Shown here one piece after another: positions 10,338 through 20,900 of a stretch of 33,936 bases of DNA. The DNA is from Trichomonas gallinae. Its lineage: Eukaryota. Below the pieces are notes generated by a model. It saw only the letters and a list, made by a program, of their open reading frames with translations, had not been told where the DNA came from and made no database searches. The stretch lies in contig MRSU01001970.1 in assembly GCA_008369845.1 (NCBI GenBank), positions 1 through 33,936 of the forward strand, given 5' to 3'. How positions within the stretch are numbered: position 1 is the stretch's first letter; every line of letters begins with the position of its first letter. The position numbers and the translations under genes were made by a program.

Positions 10338-11015
10338 ATGACTTTAGTCATTCAAGTCTGGCTGCTCTTAAATGTAGCTGTGCTGACAACAGCTATCTTT
10401 TGCCTTGCAACATTTCTCAGAAATCCATATTGCATTCTCGGAAATTATATCTCAATAATCTTACTTTACATTTTATGCACTTATTTAGCAGGAAGACATA
10501 TCAGAGATCCACAACAGCTCAAAACATTCCTATGGAAGAACGATTCTTTCCACATTTTAATAATGACCATTGGTTTTCTTGTAGGTCAAGTCGTTCCAAT
10601 AACATGGATTCTTGCATATGGATTCTCAGCGTTCTACCAGCTTATTAGCCACATAATTTCTCGTTATCCTGACGATCCAAATAATAAACCAATTCAATTT
10701 ATCAGGAAAATTCATTTTAAGTTAACAAATCCACCAATTGCACGCGCTGTTCTTGTAAACTTCGAAGTTCTGACAATATTTTTCATTAGACATCCTAAGC
10801 CAATAAATAATTGGATAATTCGCATTGCATATGTTGTACTGATACTATTCTTCAGATACACAAATGATCAATTTCACAGAAATTTCTGGGGACAACTCAA
10901 GAATCAAATTATTCAATTTTATCCTCGTTTGCCTGGATTTGTAGCTAACATTCTTAATAGCATCGTTGCATACTTTGATAGGATGGGAATACTTGCCTAT
11001 AAGCTCTATCAATAA
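10338..11015 (+). CDS. TMEM33/Pom33 (UPF0121)-like ER/nuclear-envelope membrane protein
   Basis: Multiple hydrophobic segments. FLWKNDSFHILIM, VNFEVL, FRYTNDQFHRNFWGQLK and LPGFVANILNSIVAYF parallel remembered TMEM33 motifs. The start is placed at ATG 10338, after TCACT plus a T-tract, rather than at 10290. Confidence 0.65.
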   Translation: MTLVIQVWLLLNVAVLTTAIFCLATFLRNPYCILGNYISIILLYILCTYLAGRHIRDPQQLKTFLWKNDSFHILIMTIGFLVGQVVPITWILAYGFSAFYQLISHIISRYPDDPNNKPIQFIRKIHFKLTNPPIARAVLVNFEVLTIFFIRHPKPINNWIIRIAYVVLILFFRYTNDQFHRNFWGQLKNQIIQFYPRLPGFVANILNSIVAYFDRMGILAYKLYQ

Positions 11016-12456
11016 TTATTTTTCAATTTTATTTTAGAGTAAATATGATCTTTTCATAAGTTTAATCATATTTTTTAGAGTGAAAAGATAAAAATATAAT
11101 ACTAATAAAGTGCTTCCATATATCTTTGGTGAAAAACTCTTTTGTTGCTAACAAGACATAAATAAGCGAAATATTATGAACTCATTAATTCATAATCATC
11201 ATCTCATGTATCTAGATCTTTATTACTCAAGCTTGTTCATTTCAATTATTAGATCCCGAAAATAAGTATAATATAGGGGCCGACACCATCAATAACATTA
11301 ACATTATTTATTTCTCTTATTTTTATTCTTTATTATACAATATATGGCATCAAATCAAGCAAATGAAAATAAAGGACTCATCAAAAAATAATATAACTAT
11401 TAATTTCATTGATAATAATTAATTTCTTATACAAAAAATTGATTAATCCAAATGATTTACATGTTATTTTCAAGAAAATCGGCTAATAATTAAGAAGGGA
11501 TCAATATTGATAAGTTCTCAAATGAGATGTGGTGGAAATCGCAGATGACACATGTATTTTCTGAATAGTTGTGAACTCCAAACATAACAATACAAACAAT
11601 GACTGGCAACAAATGTAATGGCAGACTTTAAAGCTCAATCTCCCCATTATATTACATGAATAATTGCGATTTACCTTTGATATATAATTTTGAATAGAAG
11701 CAGACCCTGCAAAAAGTATCAAATGATAAAATGAAGGATAAGACAACCAAAACCTTAAAAACCATCAAGTTCTACGCGAACGAAGTCATATTTCAAGTGA
11801 AATTGGAATGGATGTATAATTTTGAAAAAATTGAGCATTATCCTGACCAACCTTCTTAATATTTTCTTACTCTTAATATAACAACTATCGATACATGTTA
11901 TCATTGTGATCTGACCATTTTTAATATTTGAGTTTTTTTTGGAAAATTTGATAATGAATATTCGAATACTTTACGGGCGTATTTGCTGTGATAAAAGATA
12001 GAAAAACAATGCATACTATGATTTATACTATTCCGATTTTTAAATATGTTTATTTATTGAATAGAAAATAATCGTAAAATAATTATTCGACGGTAATAAA
12101 TTAATATCCACAACAGCAAAATAAATCAATTTTGCTCATCAAATTGAAAATATCCAGAGTCACTTTTCTATTTTTTTTAAAATTAAATACATAATAAATT
12201 TTGCAATATAATATATTCTGCAGTCTGTATTGTCACTTTTCTTCTCTTTTAATGGAATTGAAAGAAATCATATAAAAAATTGAGCTCACCATAAATTTTT
12301 ACTGTATTTTATTTCTAAACAATATTATCTAAAAGGGAAACATAAGATTTTCATGTTTTGAGAGTGTATTCAAAATTTGAAACTGCGACAGAACCGTAAT
12401 TTTTTGACAGATCCCATGCACTATAACTAATACGAGTGTTTTTATAATTTTCATTC

Positions 12457-12468
12457 AAAAGTGACAAT
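12457..12468 (+). promoter_or_regulatory. M2-type motif AAAAGTGACAAT upstream of the phosphatase gene
   Basis: Exact 12-mer ending 18 nt before the ATG. Reverse copies at 12229-12240 and a core copy at 12159-12166. Confidence 0.5.
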
Positions 12469-12486
12469 ATTTTTCAATAAATCATC

Positions 12487-13764
12487 ATGTTTTCGACTTC
12501 TCCTGATTCTGCGAGCTTAATGAACATATACCAACACTACTCCAGACTTATCTCCATGGAGATGAATGATATTGAAACCGGTCTCGCTAATTTAGTACTT
12601 CCGATTATTCCAGAACCCGTAGTTGCCACTCTATGCAGAAATGCATCATATTACTTTCAGCGCGAGCCAGTTCTCATGCGCCTCAACATGGATATAGTAA
12701 TAGTTGGAGATTTACATGGACATTTATTGGATTTATTACGAATAATCAAAAAATTCGGACATCCAGCAAATACAAATTATTTATTCCTTGGCGATATCAT
12801 CGACAGAGGAGAGTTCTCCATAGAGACGATATCGCTAATCTTCGTTATGAAGGTTTTATGGCCTCAGCATGTTTATATTATCCGCGGAAATCACGAGTTC
12901 AAAGAAATCTGCACAGAAGGAGGTTTTCTTGCAGAAATACAATCGATATACGGCAATGTTAATGTTGCAAAACATTTCTTTTCTGCATTCGAAATGATAC
13001 CTCTCGGAGCTTTGATTTACAACAAAGTTCTTTGTCTCCATGGAGGAATAGGCCCAAATGTTGAATCAATTTCGAATATTGAGACAATACAAAGACCTCT
13101 TTCTGGTTTTAGCGATGAAATATCGACTTCTGTTCTATGGTCTGATCCTTCCGAGAATATTCAATCCTACAGTCCATCTGCCAGAGGATCAGGCTATTAT
13201 TTCGGTCAAAAAGCATTTATGAAATTTTTAACACAAAACAACCTAGATTTAGTTGTTCGTGGCCACGAATGCGCTGAAGCTGGCATAACAATGCATTTTG
13301 CGAAGAGATTGCTCACTGTTTTTTCTGCATCAAATTATTGTGGAATTACACCGAACAAATCTGCAGTTTTATCGATTTTAGGTGGAGGAATGAGGAAAGA
13401 AGCAACAGTATTTCTACCTCTACGCTTCATAAAACGCCAACAGGCCGTTTTCATTAAAAGCCAGTTCGAAAATTCTTTCAAGCTCGCTCCTGAAGTCGTT
13501 GAAGAGAAATTCTCAAAGATCAGTCTCCCATCACTTTCCAATTCGAGGCCGGAATCTAGATCTGGAATTATGCCGCTCCCACACAGATCTAACAAGACTA
13601 AGAAATTATTACAAGATATTAAGCCAGAAAGACACATGCTTAAGCGAAGATCATCTGAATCCATGGTTTTCGATAAAAGAGCAGCATCAAGTGTTATTAG
13701 TTTAGCTGCATCTAAGAATTTCTATTCATCAGCGAAATCATCTGAAGTTTGGAAGGATTTGTAA
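12487..13764 (+). CDS. PPP-family Ser/Thr protein phosphatase (metallophosphoesterase) with basic, Ser-rich tail
   Basis: Complete motif set: GDLHG, GDIIDRG, IRGNHE, LHGG, WSDP, RGHE, FSASNYC. Confidence 0.95.
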   Translation: MFSTSPDSASLMNIYQHYSRLISMEMNDIETGLANLVLPIIPEPVVATLCRNASYYFQREPVLMRLNMDIVIVGDLHGHLLDLLRIIKKFGHPANTNYLFLGDIIDRGEFSIETISLIFVMKVLWPQHVYIIRGNHEFKEICTEGGFLAEIQSIYGNVNVAKHFFSAFEMIPLGALIYNKVLCLHGGIGPNVESISNIETIQRPLSGFSDEISTSVLWSDPSENIQSYSPSARGSGYYFGQKAFMKFLTQNNLDLVVRGHECAEAGITMHFAKRLLTVFSASNYCGITPNKSAVLSILGGGMRKEATVFLPLRFIKRQQAVFIKSQFENSFKLAPEVVEEKFSKISLPSLSNSRPESRSGIMPLPHRSNKTKKLLQDIKPERHMLKRRSSESMVFDKRAASSVISLAASKNFYSSAKSSEVWKDL

Positions 13765-13952
13765 TGCGGACAGTTATACAATTATCATGATGTCATTATA
13801 GGAACTTGTTATTTATTTCTTGTTTATATATATAAATTTTGATTTATTACAAAGAATTCACTTATATTTAGAGGTGTTTTTATACATATTTAATAGGGAA
13901 TTTCGTTTTTTGAAAAAGATATGATCAATTTCTAGTTTTGTTGTTTCCGTAA

Positions 13953-15200
13953 ATGGATCTGAGTAAAAGTCGGCTGAACAAACTGTTAAATTCACCGGCT
14001 GCTGGTTTACTAGAGAATATAAACAAGGAGTTGGTGGACATGTGGTCGAATTTCGATGACTTTTGCAAAAATCATGATTCTATTTACGGAATTTTCTCAG
14101 AAATGAACCTAAAAGCAGCGCAAAATAGCTTACTTATAGCAAATAGCGATAATGATACTTACAGATTACGCGCAGAACTGTTGAAAAATCAAATTTCCAA
14201 TTATCAAGATCATATTAAATTCGGTAACCTAAGTTTTTTATTAGGAGATTTATTTTCTGCTTTACTAGGTTACAGTTTTTGCCTATCAAATATAGACAAC
14301 GAATCAGCTTTTCAAAAATATCTTATCGCAGTTTGTTTTACACACTTCCATATGTTCGATAAAGCGTTGAATATGCTAGAAACTATTACAAATCATCTCC
14401 CTGTTGAAGTACAGCACGATGCACTAATAAGAATCGCGCTTTGTCATAGATATCAAAAAAGATATCGATCTTCACTAGAATTATTCTTGAGGTTGTCAAC
14501 AGTAGTTACAGGAAGAGGTAAATTATCAATGGCAATTGAAGTTGCCGAATCCTATTTATTACTTGGAAAATATGAAGAAGGAATCAAGTTTTTGCAGAAA
14601 TACGAGAATGAGAAGACAGTAGACATAATAATTGAGCTATGCTATCTCATGTATCTCACAGAAGATATTTCGAATTGCGATAGTGCTCTTGCAATCGCTT
14701 TGACATCACATTATTATCCCATTTCAGCTTCATTGCAATATGTATCCATTAGATTGATGTGGAAACGAAACCATATATTTGAAGCTTTGCAATCAATTAA
14801 AAATTCTCTAGAAAAGAATCCAAAACATGCAGAAATTTGGTGTACGCTAGGTTTGATATATGCAAACAATGGACAATTAAATGAAGCTTATAATGCTTTT
14901 CAAAAAGCAATTATTTTCCGCCCAACTATGGTAGAAGCTTGGGCAAACGTTGGAGCTTTATTAGAACTCACAAAAGCTCCACATGATGCTATAAAGTTAT
15001 ACGAAAAAGCAATTAGAGTAACAAAAGCTGAAATTTATTTCAGATCAAGAATTAACGATCTGGAAAACGGAAGCAAAAGGATACCAGTGTTCGTAGAACT
15101 TAATGATATTGATTATTTTCTTACACCTGGGAAAGAAATTGATATGGAATTTCTTCAACGCGCTCCAGCCATTCCAGCACATTTGTTTGATAATATATAA
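13953..15200 (+). CDS. TPR-repeat protein, Ssn6/Cyc8-like at its C-terminus
   Basis: TPR consensus in AEIWCTLGLIYANNGQLNEAYNAFQKAIIFRP and VEAWANVGALLE...AIKLYEKA, with more degenerate TPRs upstream. Confidence 0.8.
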   Translation: MDLSKSRLNKLLNSPAAGLLENINKELVDMWSNFDDFCKNHDSIYGIFSEMNLKAAQNSLLIANSDNDTYRLRAELLKNQISNYQDHIKFGNLSFLLGDLFSALLGYSFCLSNIDNESAFQKYLIAVCFTHFHMFDKALNMLETITNHLPVEVQHDALIRIALCHRYQKRYRSSLELFLRLSTVVTGRGKLSMAIEVAESYLLLGKYEEGIKFLQKYENEKTVDIIIELCYLMYLTEDISNCDSALAIALTSHYYPISASLQYVSIRLMWKRNHIFEALQSIKNSLEKNPKHAEIWCTLGLIYANNGQLNEAYNAFQKAIIFRPTMVEAWANVGALLELTKAPHDAIKLYEKAIRVTKAEIYFRSRINDLENGSKRIPVFVELNDIDYFLTPGKEIDMEFLQRAPAIPAHLFDNI

Positions 15201-15757
15201 ATGTTTGTGTTTATTAATATCATATTTTTTAGCCTATCTCTATGTAAAATTATTGATAAAATTAATTAATCGAATTCAGAAGAAATATGCTATAATGATT
15301 CATATAAAAGCATAGTAAAAGTGAAATATTATATCCAAGATGAAAAATAAATGGATTTATTAATGTTTTGGATAAATCCTTAAAGTTGTTCAAAAAAATT
15401 TAAAATTTACGCTTAAATGAGTTGTTGACAGTGGAAATTTTAATGAATTTACTGGAACTAAATTTATCAAATGAAAAATTGTGTTATGCAACGATTTCAT
15501 TAATAAAATGTCTTGTTTTGTTGTTATATGTATGAAATAACCAGTTTCATATCATCGTTTTGAACCGTAAATGAAGTGAGGCAAAGAGTTCAATATTCTA
15601 ACTGAAATTCAAACTTGATTTGCCCAGTAAATCAATGCTTGTGGAGTAGATGATGTTATAGCATTAATCTTTCGGTATTGAGAAACAGGATTCAATTTTG
15701 TTATAATAAGAAATTTTGTTATGATAACAAAAATTGAAAAAAAAAAAAGTTTTCAGT

Positions 15758-15762
15758 TCATT
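15758..15762 (+). promoter_or_regulatory. Initiator (Inr) TCATT of the cysteine peptidase gene
   Basis: TTCATTTTTTGCA-ATG matches the trichomonad TCAYT/A Inr at a typical short distance from the ATG. Confidence 0.7.
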
Positions 15763-15769
15763 TTTTGCA

Positions 15770-16687
15770 ATGTTCGTTCAACAGCATGAGCAGAAAGCAT
15801 TCCTCGGATGGATGCGTGACTCAGGGAACATGTTCACAGGCGACGAATACCACGCACGCCTCGGCATCTGGCTCTCTAACAAGAGATTAGTCCAAGAGCA
15901 CAACTCAGCAAACCTCGGTTTCACACTTGCACTCAACAAGTTTGCCCATCTCACACAGGCCGAGTACAGATCTCTCCTCGGCTTCCGCATGAACATGGCC
16001 GATAGGAAGGCAACAGCTTCCAACAGTATTGCCAACGACGCTGTCGACTGGAGAGAGAAGGGCATCGTCAACCCAGTTCAAGACCAAGGCCAGTGTGGTT
16101 CATGCTGGGCCTTCTCAGCCATTCAGGCACAGGAATCCACATATGCATTAGCCACAGGTAATCTTATGAAACTCTCTGAGCAGAACCTTGTCGACTGCGT
16201 CACAAATTGCAGCGGCTGCAATGGCGGTCTTATGGATGCTGCTTACGATTACGTTGTTAAGTTCCAGAAGGGCAAGTTCATGAAGGCTGAGGACTACCCA
16301 TACACAGCACGTGATGGCACATGCAAGTTCAACCAGGACAAGGGTGTCTCCAACATCGTTAAGCACATCAACGTCGTCGAAGGAAGTGAGAAGGATCTTG
16401 CTACAAAGATTGCAACATACGGCCCAGCTGCTATTGCTATCGATGCTTCACAGTGGTCATTCCAGCTCTACTCCGGTGGTATCTATGATGAATCCCGCTG
16501 CTCTTCTTACAACCTCGACCACGGTGTTGGCTGTGTTGGCTACGGCACAGAAGGCTCGAAGAACTACTGGATTGTTCGCAACTCATGGGGTGCCTCATGG
16601 GGCGAGAAGGGCTACATCCGCATGGTTAAGGACAAGAACAACCAGTGTGGCGAAGCTACAATGGCCTGCATCCCAGTTCCAAAATAA
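15770..16687 (+). CDS. CP4: Cathepsin L-like cysteine peptidase (clan CA, family C1A), TvCP4-like, 305 aa
   Basis: Catalytic QGQCGSCWAFS, DHGV and RNSWG; CNGG; I29-type prodomain (LNKFAHLT). The N-terminus MFVQQHEQKAFL is very like remembered TvCP4. The true ATG is at 15770 (the track start is TTG). Strong C-ending codon bias suggests high expression. No hydrophobic signal peptide. Confidence 0.95.
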   Translation: MFVQQHEQKAFLGWMRDSGNMFTGDEYHARLGIWLSNKRLVQEHNSANLGFTLALNKFAHLTQAEYRSLLGFRMNMADRKATASNSIANDAVDWREKGIVNPVQDQGQCGSCWAFSAIQAQESTYALATGNLMKLSEQNLVDCVTNCSGCNGGLMDAAYDYVVKFQKGKFMKAEDYPYTARDGTCKFNQDKGVSNIVKHINVVEGSEKDLATKIATYGPAAIAIDASQWSFQLYSGGIYDESRCSSYNLDHGVGCVGYGTEGSKNYWIVRNSWGASWGEKGYIRMVKDKNNQCGEATMACIPVPK

Positions 16688-17880
16688 TTAAATTGTATTA
16701 ATTAGCATTTAAATATAGTTTTAATCATAGAAACACCATTTAATACCTATAATATAGAGTAATTAGGGGATTAAACCACAAAAGCCCAAATTTTAAATTA
16801 TCATAAATACAATGAATGCGGTTATGCATGTTTAACTCATAAACATATTATTCCTGCCTGTATTAGTAGCTTTTCCATGAAAATGCTCAAAATAATAATA
16901 TTCAAGATTTAAACCTCCCAATTCCTCAACTGAATATTTGGCAAATAGGTCATCGGCAAAAAGCTGCATCATATTTCATTGCTTTGTCGATGTATGTGTA
17001 GTAGTAAAGCTTTAGTTTTTTATTAGAAAAGATTTCATAAAATTGAATTTCACCGAAACCAGTCTTTTGTGTAAAAAGCAGATATATAAGCAATAGGAAG
17101 TATATATTGTCGATTAATTGAAATATATAAATATTACACCCTTATCAAATTATATTTTTTCATTTAGGACGTTTTTTCATATGATATATGATGAGGAAAT
17201 ACATGGAGAAATCAAAAAATCGTCAAGTTATTTTTTTTGAATTTGATTCACGGGAAATATTTTCATAATCACTTTATTTGTTGAAAAGTGCATTAATTAG
17301 ATGATATATATGCTAGTATTATAAAATTCGCAAATATCGCTCTGAAAGTAGGTTGAGATTTTGATAGATAAAAATGCTACTGATTCAAATCTGAGTTAGT
17401 TAAAAACAATATCATACCATGTATATATCATATACGTTTCATCATGTAAATTATTTGAAATGGATTTTTGAATAATCACAGAAAAAAAAATTGACAACAA
17501 TTTTTCAAAGGGACTCAAAAAAATTCAATTTATCATAGAAAAATCGGGATTTAAAATAATGACGAGTCAAAGTGAATATTTATATCTCTATCAAAAGTCA
17601 GTTAAACGCATGGGTTATTCATAGTTCCTTTCAATTTCATAGAATTTTACACTCAATTATGTTCACAAATTATTCCGTGATAAATGTCATACCCGTACGG
17701 CTTCTACCATTATTAATTAAAGAATTTGAATTTTTCAATCACTATCAAAAAAAAAAAAATACTATATCTGAATTTTTTTTTCATATGAATAAATGCATGA
17801 CTTATTTCTTTTTGTCTGATAAGCATTTTTATACTGCTTATATTGGGTATCGAAAAATTGAATTGGGTATTGTATATCGT

Positions 17881-17899
17881 GGTCAAATCATTTTTCATT
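17881..17899 (+). promoter_or_regulatory. Inr region of cyclase copy 1
   Basis: GGTCAAATCATTTTTCATTG-ATG, with TCATT at 17888 and 17895. Confidence 0.6.
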
Positions 17900-17900
17900 G

Positions 17901-20900
17901 ATGGACGACAGCAAATTCTCTTCTGCCCAACGAGCTGACTTTGTCTCATCCTCGCCATTGAGATTTGAAAAGTTAGTTCACATTCCAGTCACAATCAGGA
18001 TTATTGATTCGCTCGTTAACCTTTTTAACTACTTGGATATATATGGGCCGAAGATCCCATGGATATTTAGCATTGTCTCGGTATTCAGATTCTTCCAACT
18101 CGTCGGTGGATCTATAATGGCAGCGAACATTAACGCTTTTAAGCCGGGAACATTCACTTACAAGACGATGAGCACCGTTACAGTACTGTTCCACATGTTA
18201 CCAGTCGAATACAGAGGAGGAAACGCATTTGCGTTACAATTAGTTGTAGATTTAGTTTTGGATATCATGGCGTTTTACCTGATTTACACAGCTTTCAGAT
18301 ACAAATCAACATCTGTTGTCCCTGCCATATCCACATGGATCCTTTGCATGTTCATTGCCATCTTCCCATTCTTACTTTTACCAATCATAGCTCAATTTGC
18401 TGCTCAAACAACTTCCGCTATGATCAGAGGATACTTACCAAGATCGCCAGCAAACTTCTCCATCATTGGATTTACACTATTCTCCATCCTTCTCTGGTTG
18501 TGGATCATTGTGTCTTCCTATACGAAATCAATCGTGTTCAGACCATGTTCATTCGCTTCAGTTCAAGGAACACCCCAAACAAGACTGATCATCACAACAA
18601 CAATGGTTACATTCGCAACTGGTTTAACAACCTACCTCAACAGATACTGGTCAGTTGGATGCTTGCTTCTTTCCTTCTTCATGTACCTCTACTGCTCATC
18701 AACAGTTTTCAGATGCGGTACATTCATCAAAGAGATGCACCAGATCCTTATTCTTTCAGGAAGCATCATCAGCATGTGTTTCTGCTTGGCCAACCTTTAC
18801 CCACTCTTTACAGAAAAGCCTTGGGGCCCAGAAATCTTCCTTATCTTCATTGTAATGTACGGCTTCGTTTTTGTTGGTAGCTATCTTTTCATAAAGAACA
18901 GACAGAGAAAAGAGTTGAGACACCTTGATGAAATAGAAGATACAGGTGACATAAAGATCATCACACCAGGCAGATTCAAAGAGATGTGCGTCACTGGTTT
19001 CACTTATTGCCATCCATTGTGCTTATCATATAAGTTCTTCAAGCTTGCTATCGAAGAATGGTCTGAAGATCTTGAAGTTTATTGCTTGTTCACACAGTTC
19101 CTTGCAATTTATCCAGAACAGGAAGCCCAGTTAACAATGGCATGCCAGAACATTGGTGCAATGAGAAATGCTGACAAAATCTTGCAGAGATCTACTTTAA
19201 CAAGTGCAGCAAACATTCTGAAGACTCGTGAATCAAATTTGACACCAGAGTTGAAGAATAAGATCTCAAAGCTCCACAAGAACTTCATCAAGGCCAAGAA
19301 CAAACTCAGAAATGTTTGGGACCTGATTCTTCAAGGCAACATCAATGAAATGAACACAGCAATTAAAACAACCAAACCAATCATCGAAGACTGCGGCACT
19401 CAACTTTCTTTCTTACTTATGCAGTATCCTAACAACAGATTTGTCGCACGCCAGAACTGTTTGTATTTGAACGATATCAAAGGAGATCCAGTGGAAGCAA
19501 GAGTTGCTATGGATAATCTCAAAAAGCTTAACAGAGGTTTGAAGATCTTCAGAGATACAGTTCATAATTTAGGTATCGAAGCATTTCCACATCTCCCAGA
19601 GTTTTGCCTAGTAAATAGTGATTCAACCAATGATGTGCAAACACTTGACTCGGAAAATACTGGCACAGAAGAATTCTTCCAAGATGAATCCTTGAATCCT
19701 GAAGCTATTGAAATCATACACAAGCAAATTCAAAATCACGAAGTTCCTTCTATTAACTTCACGATTTGGTCATCAATAACATGCTTTATTGTCCTTGTTA
19801 TGTTCCCATTAATCGGCCTAATGGTTTATTTCAGATTCTTCAGGAAAGAACTTGAGGAACCAGTCCTTATTACTGAAGGTATCGCAAAAACAAGAGTAAC
19901 ACTCACATTTTTAGCCGGTTATGTTGGAAGAGTTTTCCTCCGAAAAGTAGATGATCCCAAACATCCTGGACGTCAAATTATGGATCAACTTGATTTCGAC
20001 AATGTTTTCAAATTCGAAGCTTTTGGCGGAAATCATCAAGGCCTTGATATTTTGAAATATGGTACAGGCCAGATTCCAATATCAAATGCTGCGATCTCAA
20101 ATATCAGAAAATTCAAGCCAAATAACCCATTTATGAACAAAATTAGAAAGTCATTGTTTTCGAACTCAGTTAATTTTACATTATACTTCACCAAAACAGA
20201 TTATATCAAAACATTATCAACAGTCACTGATATCACATACATGATTGCTACTCACATCGGAAAAATCTATGAGTGGAAAGTTTTCGATGCTGAACATCTC
20301 TCAGGTTCAGATTCTTTGACAGCGAGAAACAATAATGATGGCGCATTGCATGCGTTGGATAGTTCACTCCAAATCATGTTCGATTATTTCGATGACTTGA
20401 AACTGACATATAATTTCAGATTTAAGGCAGTGACAATTGTTCTTTGTGCAGTTTGCTTCATTGTTTACACATCAATATATTTTGCTCAAATGAAGAAAAT
20501 CAGACAAAACAGACAAGAAATTTTGTACGTGTTAACAACATTACCAAAAACGATGATTTCAAACATATCTGCATCATTCTCTAAACTCAACAAAGGAGAT
20601 TCAGTTAAATCAGAAGTCGACTTGGAAGTTAACAGGCAGGAAGAATCAATTGTCAAGCTTTTTGGTTCCATTTCTGATGGTGCAGGAGCTGCAAACGGAG
20701 AAACAGTCATTTTAATATTCACAGCATTAATTATCATCTTTTCATGCATTTCTTATTGGATAATTTTGTCAGGTTACATTGAAACAACAACAAAGGTTGT
20801 TGGAAAATCTTCACACATTAATCACCTCTTTGGATGTGCAGCCTATTTATATAACACTATGGCTACACTTTTCATGATCGCTCTTGGAACATATGACCCA

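Noticed and set aside
15734..15769. MKKKKVFSSFFA N-terminal extension of the protease
   Set aside because: It starts at TTG and runs through a poly-A tract and the Inr. The real start is ATG 15770.
17572..17958. ORFs 17572-17901(+) and 17713-17958(-), and similarly 3067-3300 and 23278-23511
   Set aside because: AT-rich I/F/K/N-biased chance ORFs in promoter or intergenic DNA.
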